From: Rebecca billardiae RCC1528
Lineage: Eukaryota; Protista; Haptophyta
Length of the DNA: 64,000 nucleotides
NCBI GenBank assembly: GCA_965240325.2
Contig: OZ251225.1
Location: 1,860,001-1,924,000 of the forward strand
Direction: 5' to 3'
Below, piece by piece: positions 1-11,700 of this stretch. Under the pieces are notes generated by a model that saw only the letters and a program-made list of their open reading frames with translations, was not told where the DNA came from and searched no databases. Made by a program: the position numbers and the translations under genes. The first letter of the stretch is position 1, and each line of letters starts with the position of its first letter.

Positions 1-1147
1 CGTCACTCAGCAGCTGGTGCGGCAGTGGCATCGTCGGAAGAGGTGTTCATGGCAGTGCTCTGAAACTGCAGCCTGATCTTCTTCGATTGGCACCTGGGCC
101 GCCAGGCCGGCGGCGACGTCGCATGTCGCAGCTGAGGACGAGTCACGCGGTGCGCAGGCTGAGGCGCGGCCCGGGGCGCCGCGGGCGATACCTGCTCAGC
201 AAGTCAGAACTGCTGGCTGGACCACTGGCTGGTTTCTGAATTCCGTAGTGTCGTCAAAGTGATGACAATAAAGTCGTCAAGCTCCGAGTGCACTCAGCAC
301 TGCGGGTCTGCGCGGCTCCGGTGAGTCGACCGTGTCCGTGCCCGTGGACGAGAGTGGTCGTGATGGACAGACTGATCTGATGGTCATAGATATAGCACGG
401 ATATATATATATATATATCTAGATATAGATATATATAGACAGTCCAAGCCATCGTCTGTCGTCAAATAATATATATTATTATTATATATAGCGTAGTTAG
501 ACGACTTATGATTCACTGGTAACTCCGAAGAAGATTCGTCGAAGAACTTAGCTGCGCGGGTGCAGTGCACTCTGACCGCGCGTGTGCGGTGTGGGCGATA
601 GGTCCACCGGAAGCGACCACTGGTGCGGGGCTAAGGAGTTACTAAGGACCGCCCCAGAGGGCGGCAATCGCGGGCAATAAGGAGCTGTCACGTTAAGAAA
701 CTGGGGATTGCTATCTGCGGATCTGGCCTAGAAACCGAGACTAGCGATTGGCTGGTTCGCTATACGCATAGTCACACTAAGAAACCGGGACTACGTCGTC
801 CCGGCTGACGAGTGGTCCGCCGAGGGCGAGGCGCAGTCGGCCCGTCCGGGGGACGCGGCGCGCGGCCCGACTACGAGTACAGGCCAAGTCCCGACTTCTC
901 CTGATGACTGACTCCTGGCCAGTGCGCCGCAGCATCCATGCAACATCATGCCAGATTTACACCTCACAATGCTACGAACTTCCGAGTTTTTGAGAATTTC
1001 TCAAAGAAGCGCAGATCCAAGGTGATCACAACAGATCGTGCGAGATTGCGTGCAGCAGCCAATGAACAAACTCAGGCAGTGCTCGTAAGGACTAATGACA
1101 ACTTAATGCTCATTAAAAAACGCAGAATTCTCACAAGAAAAACTAAA

Positions 1148-1287
1148 GCTGTAATCCACACAGTCTTCGCGCCACCGCTTCTTCTTAATCACAATAAGCA
1201 ACATCTATGCACAACTTAGCTGTAATTCACACGATCTTCGCGCCATGGCTTCTTCCTATTCACAATATGCAACATGTATGCACATTC
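1148..1287. repeat. Diverged 71-bp tandem duplication in an AT-rich, apparently decayed segment
   Basis: agctgtaatccacacagtcttcgcgcca...catctatgcaca repeats immediately as agctgtaattcacacgatcttcgcgcca...catgtatgcaca. Confidence 0.8.
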
Positions 1288-1636
1288 GAAACCAACACAT
1301 ATAATATCAATACGACTCAACAAACAGGGACGCTGGGGCTGCACAGATATTGTAACTGGTAGAGAGAGAATCTAAGCAATCAGCAGCCTTGTAACGCATG
1401 AAGCTAAACGGGTGTTATCATACAACGTCCGAACACTTAGCAGTTAACTACAATAATTCACCGCCATATCAGCAGTATCATACCTGGCGGAACAACACGC
1501 TCCTCGCGAATCTTCCGAAGGTCCACTCGTTAATGACAGATTCACGAATCACGTGAACCCTCTCGCCCTCATCAAACCATTCACCATACTGTAAACCGAT
1601 TCACAGCTACACTTCACAACTTTTTAAATTCCCCTT

Positions 1637-1687
1637 TGGCCAGCCCCCAACCAACCACCACCCTCACCCAACCTCAAACCACTGACC
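1637..1687 (+). repeat. 51-bp dispersed direct repeat, copy 1 (copy 2 at 7707-7757)
   Basis: tggccagcccccaaccaaccaccaccctcacccaacctcaaaccactgacc is identical at both positions. Confidence 0.9.
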
Positions 1688-1870
1688 CATTCTATGATTT
1701 AACGACACAGGTAGGACGACGCGGGTCTCCTGATTCGTCGGCGGCAGTGCCCGATCGTTGACCGATACACCAACTAACGCTGAAGAACAGGTTCGGTAGG
1801 CCACGCACCCAGTCGCCCGATGCAGGCAAGGCCGGGTGGTCCAGACACGCCGCGGAGATAACCTGCGATC

Positions 1871-2638
1871 ATGCACGAAGACGTGTGCATCACGGCGCCG
1901 AACGCCGGGCGAAGGGGAGCAGCACAACCGGCTCTCTCGATCGGCGCACCACGGGCGCAAGGCTCGTCAGAGCCAACGCCGCCACCGTCGACCCATCAAT
2001 CACACACGCCTCGGTCGACATCAACGGATGCGTGCGCAGACGCATTGCAAGCGATGCTGGGAGATCGCTTACACGATCTGCACGCCATTCTGCGCTCGCT
2101 TACGCCGTCACGAACAGCGCCGCCCGATATCGTACTGCTGCAGGCGGCTTACGATTCGAAACGATCCCAAAAACCGCGATCGTCCTTCTACCCGCGGGAG
2201 GCGGGGCTTACAACTTGCGATGGGCGCGTTCGGCTGCTTCGAAACGAGCTGCTACGCCGCGATCGCGCCTTACACGACGCCATCTTCAACTTGCAACCGC
2301 TACCACCTGCGCCGGCATCGCACGACCGGTGCCACTCATCTTGTTGCTCACACCAACCTCAACGCTCGCAACTAACATGTCTGCCTGCGTGTGCGAGCAC
2401 AGCAGCCACCACCGCTCCAAGCGTGACATCAACAGCACACGCGCCATCGTTGCTGCACGCCGGCTCGCCGTACGCACCGCCACCCGCGAAGAACGCGCAC
2501 GCCACGACCAATACACCTAGGCCCGTCGAACGAGTGAGGACCCGCACGCCTGACGCGCCCTGCACGCTCGGCAGCAGCGCTAGGACGAGCAGAGCGGGGA
2601 GGTGCCGACTCGTGGCAGCAGGCGCCATTCTCATCTGA
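1871..2638 (+). pseudogene. Uncharacterised ORF, possibly a diverged member of the repeat-borne family also seen at 18.1-18.9 kb and 6.3-6.7 kb
   Basis: LHAILRSL...DIVLLQAAY...CDGRVRLLRNELLRRDRALHDAIF aligns by eye with LHTALRTM...DIGLLQSQY...CKERLLRLRDIVDRLEPRLLATLF at 18.2-18.6 kb. Confidence 0.35.
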
Positions 2639-2991
2639 CTGACTGTCTCAAACCGGTAGAAAACCCGTTATTTTAGAGACACGGGCACGAGGGTGGCAGT
2701 GGCTGTCATATCATCATCATCTCCAAAAAGGCCCAAAATTTTCTCCGGCCTCGCCGGCCGGGCCTAAAGACTCAGCGGGGGGCTCTGCCCCCCTGCGCCC
2801 CCCGCGCCTGCGCGGCGGGCGGGACCTAGCTAAGAAACTGAGACTCCGTAGGCGCTCGGGCTACCGAACGGCTAAGAAACCGAGGCTAGCCGTGAGATCT
2901 CTGACTTCTTATTGCCCGCGATTGTCTGTAGGGCAGAGGGCGGCAGAGTGGACGCCCGCGGGCGCAGCGGACGGATGTCACACTGTGACGG

Positions 2992-3498
2992 GGCTCCGGC
3001 TCCGGTCCACCCCCCCCCCCCCCAGCTCCGTTACCTTGGCCCCGAGCCGAAGTCACCAAGCGGACGATGCAGCAGAGTCGCTTCCGACCCCCGATTTATG
3101 ACTTCAACGAGAAATGTCGCAGCAGCATCCGACCACCTCCCAATAGCGGTTCAGACTCTATTTTTACTATGTAATTACCCGTCCCTTACTCAGATTTCAG
3201 CACAGTCCGGGAGCGTTCCGGATACGTGTATACATATGCGAAAAGGGTCCCCGGGCTGGGTATTTATTTATTATAGAAAATAGCAGACGAGTCTGAACCT
3301 ATTGGAGGTGTGGCTGATGATCCATCTGTAGGGCATCTCAGGCCGCCTAATCGGGCTAATGTCGTCCAAGGGACCGCCTGGGGTGGTCTAGGAGCTATTG
3401 TAGATCATCAGAGGCGGCGATCCCGCCGATTGCAGTGTCATGATGTAACGCTCCAGTGACCGGACTGGGGAGGGGGGGGGTGGACCGAAGCCGGAGCC
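2992..3498. mobile_element. Degenerate ~500-bp foldback/MITE-like palindrome
   Basis: Outer arms ggctccggctccggtccac(C)n-ag (2992-3024) and ctggggag(G)n-tggaccgaagccggagcc (3465-3498); inner arms ccacctcccaatagcggttcagactc (3133-3158) and gagtctgaacctattggaggtg (3289-3310); central tgtataca. No clear TSD. Confidence 0.6.
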
Positions 3499-3605
3499 AC
3501 GGATGGATGCGTCGTAACGTATGTCACACGGTCCATGAGGAATATTGCAGCCTGGCGTTGCAGCAGCCAAGCGTAGGCTGCCACGGCCCGCGCTGCCTCC
3601 GGAGC

Positions 3606-4886
3606 TCACCGGTCATGACCCACCGCAAGCTCAGAGTTCACGACCAGGACCATTGCCACGGCGCGCGCTGTCGCGTCTGTGAGGTCTGTCGCGACATCGT
3701 ATCGCAGGCTGCGCGCGTCGCTGCAGGCGCGCGAGGAGTTGAAGGCCAGGGCACGGACCTTTCGCACCTTGCCGTAGCTGTTGTCCAGCATGACGTGATG
3801 CTTGTGCATGAGCAAGGCCATGATACTCGCATGCAGCCTATCCGTTACAACCACCGAGGCAGTCGACAGGAGCTGCATGCCCGCCTTGACCATGTACCCA
3901 TACGGGTAGCGCATGCCAGACCGGGTCCCTTTCAGCGCACCGGACTGCAGCTTGTGCAGGTCTGGCGCGTACCGCTCCAGCGCATCTCTCCAGTCCACAA
4001 TGTCGAACGTGCAGCAGCGTGGCGACAAGCCGCGCTCCGCTCGGAGCGCGCGAATGGCCGCGGAAATCGACGCCTCTCGAGACGATGCCGGCGATGTGCC
4101 CCCGGGCCCGCTCGCAACCACGGCGCTCTCCCTGTCGTTCCGCAGCAGGAAGAGGATGTGCTTTGCGTGGTGCTGCGGCACAGGCCGGGGCCGGGGAAGC
4201 GGGCCGAGGAGGAATGCCATGTCCGGCGCGGAGATGTGTCGCACCGCGGGCATCTGCTGCAGCGCCCACAGGTAGCTGTCCTCCTGCCGCCACAGGATGG
4301 TGAGATTGGCCGGCCCAGCCTGATTTATCATGGCACTGTCACGGAGAGCGGAGCGCGCGCGGTTGTAGTGGTGGCTCTGAGGCAGCTGGAGCACCGACGT
4401 GCCCGCACTCAGAAGCGTTTTGATTCGCTGGAGCCGAATTCCCTGCACCCGCGTGTAGATGTCCCCCCAGTTTCCCCCCGCGTGATAGAGGAGGAAAGAC
4501 ACGTTGCTCAGGAGGTCGGTGGGATCGCCGCCCCTCTCCTGAATGCACTTCTCACCGTAGCCTGCAGACTGAGGCCCGATGCAGACCAGGATGCGGTCTT
4601 CGCTCCAACCAAGATGTCTGAGCGCCGTCAGTTCGGCCGCAGAGAGCATGATGTCCCCGATGTTTGAGTGAGTCGCGGGATCCATGAGCACAATGCTGCC
4701 AGGTTGCGCGGGTGACACAGGCATGTTCGCCTGCAGGATGCGGTACAGCCGCGCTTGGATGGCGGTGATGCATGTTCGCCAGGCGATCGATGCATCGTCA
4801 GCAGGAGGAGATTCCGGCGCTGCCCATACCGGCAGCAGCAGCAGCAGCGCCCACGCCAGCGTGTGCCTCGTCCGAGGCGCCGCCAT
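3606..4886 (-). CDS. Polysaccharide pyruvyltransferase family protein (EpsI/EpsO/Pvg1-like), signal peptide or anchor
   Basis: 426-aa ORF; N-terminal LAWALLLLLPVWA; motifs HSNIGD, GGNWGDIY, QLPQS, APDMAF, FLLRNDRE, VVTDRLHASIMALL, DNSYGKV. Confidence 0.88.
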   Translation of the reverse strand: MAAPRTRHTLAWALLLLLPVWAAPESPPADDASIAWRTCITAIQARLYRILQANMPVSPAQPGSIVLMDPATHSNIGDIMLSAAELTALRHLGWSEDRILVCIGPQSAGYGEKCIQERGGDPTDLLSNVSFLLYHAGGNWGDIYTRVQGIRLQRIKTLLSAGTSVLQLPQSHHYNRARSALRDSAMINQAGPANLTILWRQEDSYLWALQQMPAVRHISAPDMAFLLGPLPRPRPVPQHHAKHILFLLRNDRESAVVASGPGGTSPASSREASISAAIRALRAERGLSPRCCTFDIVDWRDALERYAPDLHKLQSGALKGTRSGMRYPYGYMVKAGMQLLSTASVVVTDRLHASIMALLMHKHHVMLDNSYGKVRKVRALAFNSSRACSDARSLRYDVATDLTDATARAVAMVLVVNSELAVGHDR

Positions 4887-5019
4887 GCGCGACCCGGGCA
4901 GGTCCAGACTCCAGAATATGCATGTTCCTGATGGATTTTGTATTTTTGTTGCAGCGCTTTACATCAGCTTTCGGGAGCGCGGCTGAGGAACCGCGGCCCA
5001 TCATCGTCTCGACGGCACC

Positions 5020-5634
5020 ATGATGGCGCACGTCGTTATCACCGCGAGCGTGCTCTCGGCCTCGCAAGGCTGCACGCGGCGAGGGGCGCTCAGCTTCGCC
5101 GGGCGTGCGGTCGGTGTGATCGCCGCGCACCGCCTTCCGAGCGTTCTCAGAGCGACGGCGGCACCCCCCATCGCCGTGATTGAGGAGGAGCTCGGGTACA
5201 TGCCCGTGCAAGACGACAAGGGCCGCACGCGGTACGCGCCGAGCCGGGTGCTTGAGCCGTCGACAGAGCAGGCAGTGCGCCTCGCAGACCACCTGCATCG
5301 CTCTGGTGCAAAGTTTTACGGCGCCTTCTGGTGCCCGCACTGCCGCAACCAGCGGCGCATGTTCGGCAAGGATGGCGTGCAGCTGGTCAAGTACATCGAG
5401 TGCGACCCACGCGGCGTCGGCTACAGGCGTGGGCGGTGCGAGAGCGCGCTCGTCGACGGTTATCCGACTTGGGTGCTGGGGAAGAAGCGCATGTCGGGCG
5501 AGCACTCGCTGGCTGAGCTCGCGCGATTCTCGGACTACCCAGGGAACTTCGATGCAGAGTTCGAGGCTCGCAGTCCGGCCGCCCTGGGCATGATGGCAAG
5601 CGCCAAGGGCGGGCCTGGGAGCGCGTGCAATTGA
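5020..5634 (+). CDS. Thioredoxin-like disulfide oxidoreductase (LTO1/VKOR C-terminal Trx-type domain), probably plastid-targeted
   Basis: LADHL..SGAKFYGAFWCPHCRNQRRMFGK..YIECDP..C..VDGYPTW..SGEHSLAELA; N-terminal RR-containing presequence; divergent from the pyruvyltransferase with a 133-bp spacer. Confidence 0.85.
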   Translation: MMAHVVITASVLSASQGCTRRGALSFAGRAVGVIAAHRLPSVLRATAAPPIAVIEEELGYMPVQDDKGRTRYAPSRVLEPSTEQAVRLADHLHRSGAKFYGAFWCPHCRNQRRMFGKDGVQLVKYIECDPRGVGYRRGRCESALVDGYPTWVLGKKRMSGEHSLAELARFSDYPGNFDAEFEARSPAALGMMASAKGGPGSACN

Positions 5635-6228
5635 CCTTTGGTGCACGCGCGCACGGGTGCGGGCGTGGTCGTGCCTCTGCCGGTTGGTGCGTTGGGCTCG
5701 TATGCTAGCTGGCGGGCCTGCGGGCCTGCCCCCTGCTTTTACTGCAGCGGTTGCCGACCTGGCGTCGCACAGTGTTAAAGGCCGGACCTCGTGGCACCGG
5801 CCGGCGCCGCAACGGCGCAACGGTCAACGTACTGGTCATGATCGAGACTGGTGCATGCAGCGCAGTGACGTTAGCGTAACTATAACTAAGTTCGACATCA
5901 CTGGCTCGCGCTAGATAGATTAATTGCTATACGACGGTATAGCCGTGCTACATAGTAGCTTACAGCACAGTCATCACGACAGCTTATTAAATTTTAATAA
6001 CACATTCTAAGCAGCTTTTAATTTTAAAGCTAGGCGTCTGCTAGGCCGCAGCTCAGCAGCCCAGCTCCGGCCGGCGCCCGCCCCCCCCGGTCCGACTCAC
6101 CACTCACAACACTCAACAGGTCTACTACTGGTTTGACCGGGTCCTGCCCCGCCCCCGGCGAGTCACCGCGTAGTAATTTAGTCGTACGTCTCAGCAGTAA
6201 TAAGCTGTTAGTGAATATATATGTATAT

Positions 6229-7540
6229 ATGATCGGCTACGCCGATCTTCGGGTAGTAAACAACGAGGTTGAGGGCGCACGGCCCTACTGGTACCGTATG
6301 TAATAGTCGTCGCGTTCTTCACCGAATCACGATGCGCGCGCCCGGCGCGTCGCCGTGCACGGTGCAGGAGGCGCGGGCGCGAGTAATCGACGCGGTCGAC
6401 GGCCCGGGCCTCGGGGGGCTGCGCCGCCTGTCGAACTCGACGCGCAGCAGCCGCAGCGCCTCCGCCCGGTGCGCGTCGGGCAGCCCTATTGTCTGTGGCC
6501 GCGCGCAGCGCGGAGATCGCGCTCGGCAGCTCGCCCGTCTCAGCCTCGCACAGCCTCGCGCGCTCGGCGGGATCGGCGCAGCGTCGGACGAGCTCGCTGC
6601 GGGGAAGAGCGTCGCGAGCAGCCGCGGCTCGAGCCTGTCTATCTACGACCTCCCGCAGCCGCAGTAGCCGCTCCTTGCACGCCTTTGTCTGTCAGCCTCG
6701 CCGCCGCGTCGATGCACTCGGTGCGAGGGCCGCTGTGGCTGTGCGCGTCGGTGCCGCCGCGGGTGCTGTCGGCCGACGGCCCGGAGCGCGAGGACTACTG
6801 CGAGCACGGGCGAGAGGGGAGCACGGCGTCGCCCGTAGCATATGCCAACTCGCCATCATCGCGGGCTCGCCGCTCGCAGATCTAAGCCTGTGGCTCTCGT
6901 GTCAGGCACGGTCAGGCATCCGTCGAGTGAGCGCCAGAGCCCCTCCTCACGGTCAGCGCGCGGCTCGCGCGCCAAACGCCTGCCCATGCGCCAGTCAAGC
7001 CGTGGATGGTGACTCGAGACCGGCGGACGAGAGCAAAACAGATGTGCGCGGTCCAGCTCGTGCTGCGAGGACTCGCCCAGCCTCTGTCGCGAGCAAAATA
7101 GATAGATGTGCGCGGTCCAGCTCGTGCTGCTCACGAGGACTCGCCCAGCCTCGTCGGCGTCGCCCGCAGATCTGCGCGCGCTGCTTGCCGCGCCGCCATG
7201 CGCAGCCGTCAGCACGCCGCACGCGGCTCAGCCATCACAGCTCGGCCATGGTCATGGACGGCGCGAGCGTGAGCGGTGAGGGTTGGGCGAGCGACTTCTG
7301 AACATGCCGAGAGCCTCAGCTGCGCGGCGTGCGGCGTGGCGCGCGCGGGCGCGCGAATGGTCAGCTACGAGCCGGTCGACAACGGCCGCGTTTGTGCGAC
7401 CGAGTGACGACGTGCTCGGTTGGAAAACGCACTGGGCCGAAGAGGCATGGCAGGGCGGGGCGCGCGGGATGAACGAGGCACGAATGCAATGCCGACGGCC
7501 GTTGGGACCCGCCGCAGATCTGCGCGCACCTGCGCTGAGT
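6229..7540 (-). repeat. Left outer arm of a large degenerate inverted repeat; contains a decayed copy of the 18-kb ORF
   Basis: 6229-6685 is the reverse complement of ~18540-19002; 7430-7540 is the reverse complement of ~17749-17862, with small indels. Confidence 0.85.
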
Positions 7541-7706
7541 CTTGTCGGATTGAACGATCGCGTGCAGTGCCCGCCTGTTCGCGAGCCCGCGTCGAGTTTG
7601 CGTGGCCAGTGGCCAAGGCAGCAGCGCCTTTTGTAGCAATAATAATTTCTTCTTTATAACGGGCTCCGGGTGATCAGACTGGCGGCCGAAGGCTCCAGCC
7701 CTACCC

Positions 7707-7757
7707 TGGCCAGCCCCCAACCAACCACCACCCTCACCCAACCTCAAACCACTGACC
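7707..7757 (+). repeat. 51-bp dispersed direct repeat, copy 2
   Basis: Identical to 1637-1687. Confidence 0.9.
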
Positions 7758-8136
7758 GAGACACCTAGCGCCTTGACACCACTCCACTGTGGACGTAGCT
7801 CGCGCGAAGCCGTGTGACCAGTATTAATCAAGAGAGATAATATGATGAAGTTTTGTGTGCGCTCAAGTTTTTTTAATCATTATCGGCTGTCCCGGACACG
7901 CTGGCACGTTAGCACGCCGTAGCCCGTAATCACCTTTACATATATTTTCGGCCCTCGTCCGGTAAGAGGCGCCCTGAAAAATAATGATAGGGTTTCGCTT
8001 CGAAGATTCTGGCCTGCCTCATGCCTGAGCTGTGTGCGTATCTTATTCTTAGCAAACTGTAGGTGCGCTGAAAGACGGCGTTTGGCGCTTCATTCAAAGA
8101 TACCGGTCGCCCTATGGGATTTCGATGAGATCTTAC

Positions 8137-8690
8137 TGATTGGCGCTTCGCGCGTGTCGTGCGGTCCTTACTGTGTTTCGTGGGGCGAAGGGGCGTCCCC
8201 CTTGCTGATGGCTGGTTTCAGGTAAGCTGATGTTTCAGTCTGGTGAAAGCTGATGGAAGTGGCATCGAAGATTTTGGAATCTTCGTGTGCCTGCTTTCCT
8301 CGGTCGGAATGCTCTCGGAATTCCGTTGATTGCCTTCGCGTCATTGCACGAAAGCTTCCTGTGATGATCGGGACGTCTCCTCGAAATGAAAAGAAAGTTC
8401 TGATGACTGCATGGTAGTCTCTGGTCCAGTTCAGGGTACCTTCCCAAGTGGTGAAGAATCCCTGGACCCTTGGATGTGTAGTCCGAAGACCTCATGTGTG
8501 TGCCGATACTCCTTATCTTTGGAGTAGTAAATTGCATGAACAATGGCTGCTGTTGGCCTTGCTCTTGAATGGTGAAACCGATTGAATTGCATGATGAAAG
8601 TCTGCAGCTTGGCGGCTGAAATTGCTCAGCGCCTTGGAATTAAAGTCTCGAGCTGGGGAATGGCGCCGATGGCTGCCTTGGACTTTGACA
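8137..8690 (-). repeat. 3' LTR (554 bp)
   Basis: tgattggcgc...gactttgaca; no differences from 15351-15904 seen by eye. Confidence 0.97.
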
Positions 8691-8700
8691 CGCCCCCTCA
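8691..8700 (-). other. Polypurine tract overlapping the pol stop codon
   Basis: Minus strand TGAGGGGGCG directly precedes the TG of the 3' LTR. Confidence 0.8.
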
Positions 8701-11700
8701 ATTCGAAACTGGTGTAACCATGATGTCTCGAAATTTGGTGAACTTGTCCTTGGGTAGTGCCTTGGTCAGGCAATCGGCGATGTTTTCCGATGTGTGCACC
8801 TTGGTGATGTTGACTGCACCGAGGTCGACACAATCTCGAATAAAATGGTGTCGTACGTCGATGTGCTTGGTGCGCTTATGATGAATGCTGTTCTTTGAGA
8901 GATCAATCGCCCCCTTGTTGTCCTCGTGGATCACAATGGGAGTCTTTGGAATGTTGAGGATATCGCTGATGATGTCGCGTAGGTAAACTGCCTCTTTGGC
9001 TCCTTCCGCGAGAGCGACATATTCGGCCTCACATGATGAGAGGGTTGTGATTGACTGCTTGAAGGTGCGCCACGATACTGGGCCGTCAGCATGGAAGTAG
9101 ATATAGCTTCCGGTCGAGCGGCGATCTTTTGTATCGTTGGCCCAGTCCGAGTCCACAAACATCTCCGTTCGTGGCTGAGTAGTAGCCGTTGATGTGAAAG
9201 TGATGCCGGAATTCTTTGTCCCGGCCAAGTACCTGAGCACTCGCTTGGCACCTTTAAGGTCGTTCGAGCTTGGGCTTGCCATGTGCCTTGCCAACATATT
9301 GACTGCATAGCTGATGTCGGGTCGGCAGGTGTTCATGATGAATAGTAGCGCTCCGACAATTGCTCGGTAGGTCTTTGATTCCTCCGGCGAGCACGATGAT
9401 GAATCGTCTGTCTCGACTGCTGTCGGATGCTCTGCTGCCGATCTGCACGGGTTGTCGACGGGCGTAATGTCGCTCATGTCGTGCTTCTTGAGGAGATCGG
9501 TGATGTACTGTGACATGGAGATAGTCGTCGACTTGGGCCCCTGGGCGATACTCATGCCTAGGAAAGTCGTTGCTGGTCCCAGATCCCGGAGGGTGAATTC
9601 TTTTCGAATTTCTCCGATAATCGAGCTGGGTCTTGCGCTGTCGGGGGAGCTGCTCAGAATAAGCAGGTCGTCCACGTACACTGCGATGACGTCGATGATG
9701 TCTCCTGAGGTGCGGACGAAGATGCACTCCGACTGTGTGAGTTTCTTGAATCCTTTCTCTCGCAGTTTCTGGCTGAGGCGGATGTGCCATCGTCTGCCGC
9801 TCTGCTTAAATCCTGGAAGGGCCATATCCCAGTCAGCCGCAACCACGTGTCCCTCGGGTGGCTTGAGGGCACACGGGTACAGCGGGGGTAGCGTAGTGTA
9901 GATCTTCAGGCCGTCCTCCAATGGGGCTTGGAGGTACGCCGTACTCACGTCTGCGGAGTGGATGATCCAAGGTCTTTCTGGTGTTCGTAGCTCCGTCGTC
10001 AGTGCCAATAGGAGGCGTACGTTCTCGTACCGGATAGTAGGCGAGAATACCTCGTCGTAATTGACTCCTTGAATCTGGCGGAAGCCTTGACCAACCAATC
10101 TTGCCTTGTACCGTTCGATGGTACCATCTGGATTGGCTTTGACCTTGAAGACCAGCTTCGATGGGATAATTGCTTTCCCTTTGGGAACAATGACGGGCGT
10201 GAATGTGCCCAGCCTGTCGTGGGCCTCGTATTCTTCCATGATAGCCCTTGTCCAATCGGATGCTTGCTTGCTCTCCATCGCTTCCTTGAACGATGTAGGT
10301 ACCGGGATATCTGATGCGAGCTGCGCGAGCTGCGCGCGCGCGCGCGCGCGCCGCGTCGGCGGGAAGTATGACTTGCCAGTCATGTTGCGAGTCCGCTGTG
10401 GGCGGCGATCGGCGGAGGGAGGAGGCTGCTTTGGCTGCGGTGGCGTATTGCTCTGCGATGGTCCGCCTCCAGCTCCGGGGCCGTCTCCATCACCGTCGTC
10501 GCCGTTGCCATCATCTCCCTTCTCGTCGTCGTCGGGTTTGTCCCTGTCGTCCTTGTCATCGTCGTCTGATTCCTCGTCCGGCGATGGCGGATCGTCTCCT
10601 CCGCGCTCGGAGTCGCTGTCGGCGTCACTGCTGCTGCTGGCAAACTCTTCGTCGCCCTCCTCGTTGGTGTTGCTGTCACGGGTCTTACCAGCATCTGCAC
10701 CTTGAGGAGGTCGCCGAGCGCTCCACGCCAGCAGGGGGTCCCGAATTTCGCGGATCTCCTTGAAATGCGTAGAGATTCGATCCAAAATGACTTGCTCGTT
10801 GAACTTGACGTGCCGAGTGATGACGATTTTCCCGTCGTCGGCACTCAAAACGATGTATCCGTGCGACCGCTTGATGGTGCCTCGCTCGAAGATACCGTCA
10901 AATCCGTATCCCAGTAAGATGCCCTCCCGCGCGCGCGGGAGTAGCTTGTTCTGCTTGTTGATCGACTGTACGAGGTAGATGCAGGGCGAGCCCCAGACTC
11001 TCAGCTTTTGCAGGAAGGGCCCGGGCGAAGTGCCAAACATCAACTCGTGCGGTGAAACCAGCTTGCCATCGCTGGTAGGATGCTTGCTCATCAGGTTGCG
11101 TTGCGCGGCAGCGCACTTGGCTGCCCAATACCACCATTTGTGGTGTACGCCTGAGAGGTACAGCATTGTCCTCGCGTCATTCATGATGACTCCGAGGCCA
11201 CGTTCGGCGACGCCGTTCAGCTGCTGCGTGTGGGGGGGCGACATGTAGTTGCATAGCATGTCGTACCTGCGAAGGACTCGGTTCCAATTCTTTGAATGTA
11301 ACTCTCGGCCTCCGTCGAGGTGAATGGTGCATCCGGCGATGCCCTTGTTCTGCATGGTGGCGGATAGAGAGTTGGCTCCCATCTCGCTGGCCATGAGGTC
11401 GAGCTTCTCCGGCGCTTCAGCCTTGTTTTGCATGTCGTAGAAGCGCATGTATCCGGAAAAATCATCGATGAATAGAGTTCCCCACCTTGGAGTCTTTGCG
11501 GGCAGCCCGTTGATGGGCCCGATGACATCGTTGTGGAGCATCTCGAGCGGTCGAGTTGTTCTCTCACGTGTGCCCGGGAACGGCTTGGCCTTGAACTTGG
11601 CAACGTCGGAGGGCTGGTACGTGCAGGGCGATGCCTCCGACATCTTGTCATTCGCGCGGTAGGTTGCGCGTACACGCTTGATATCGGCATATCCTAGTCT

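Noticed and set aside
8235-8543. 102-aa ORF duplicated at 15449-15757
   Set aside because: Lies wholly inside the LTRs, has a non-ATG start and no recognisable motif.
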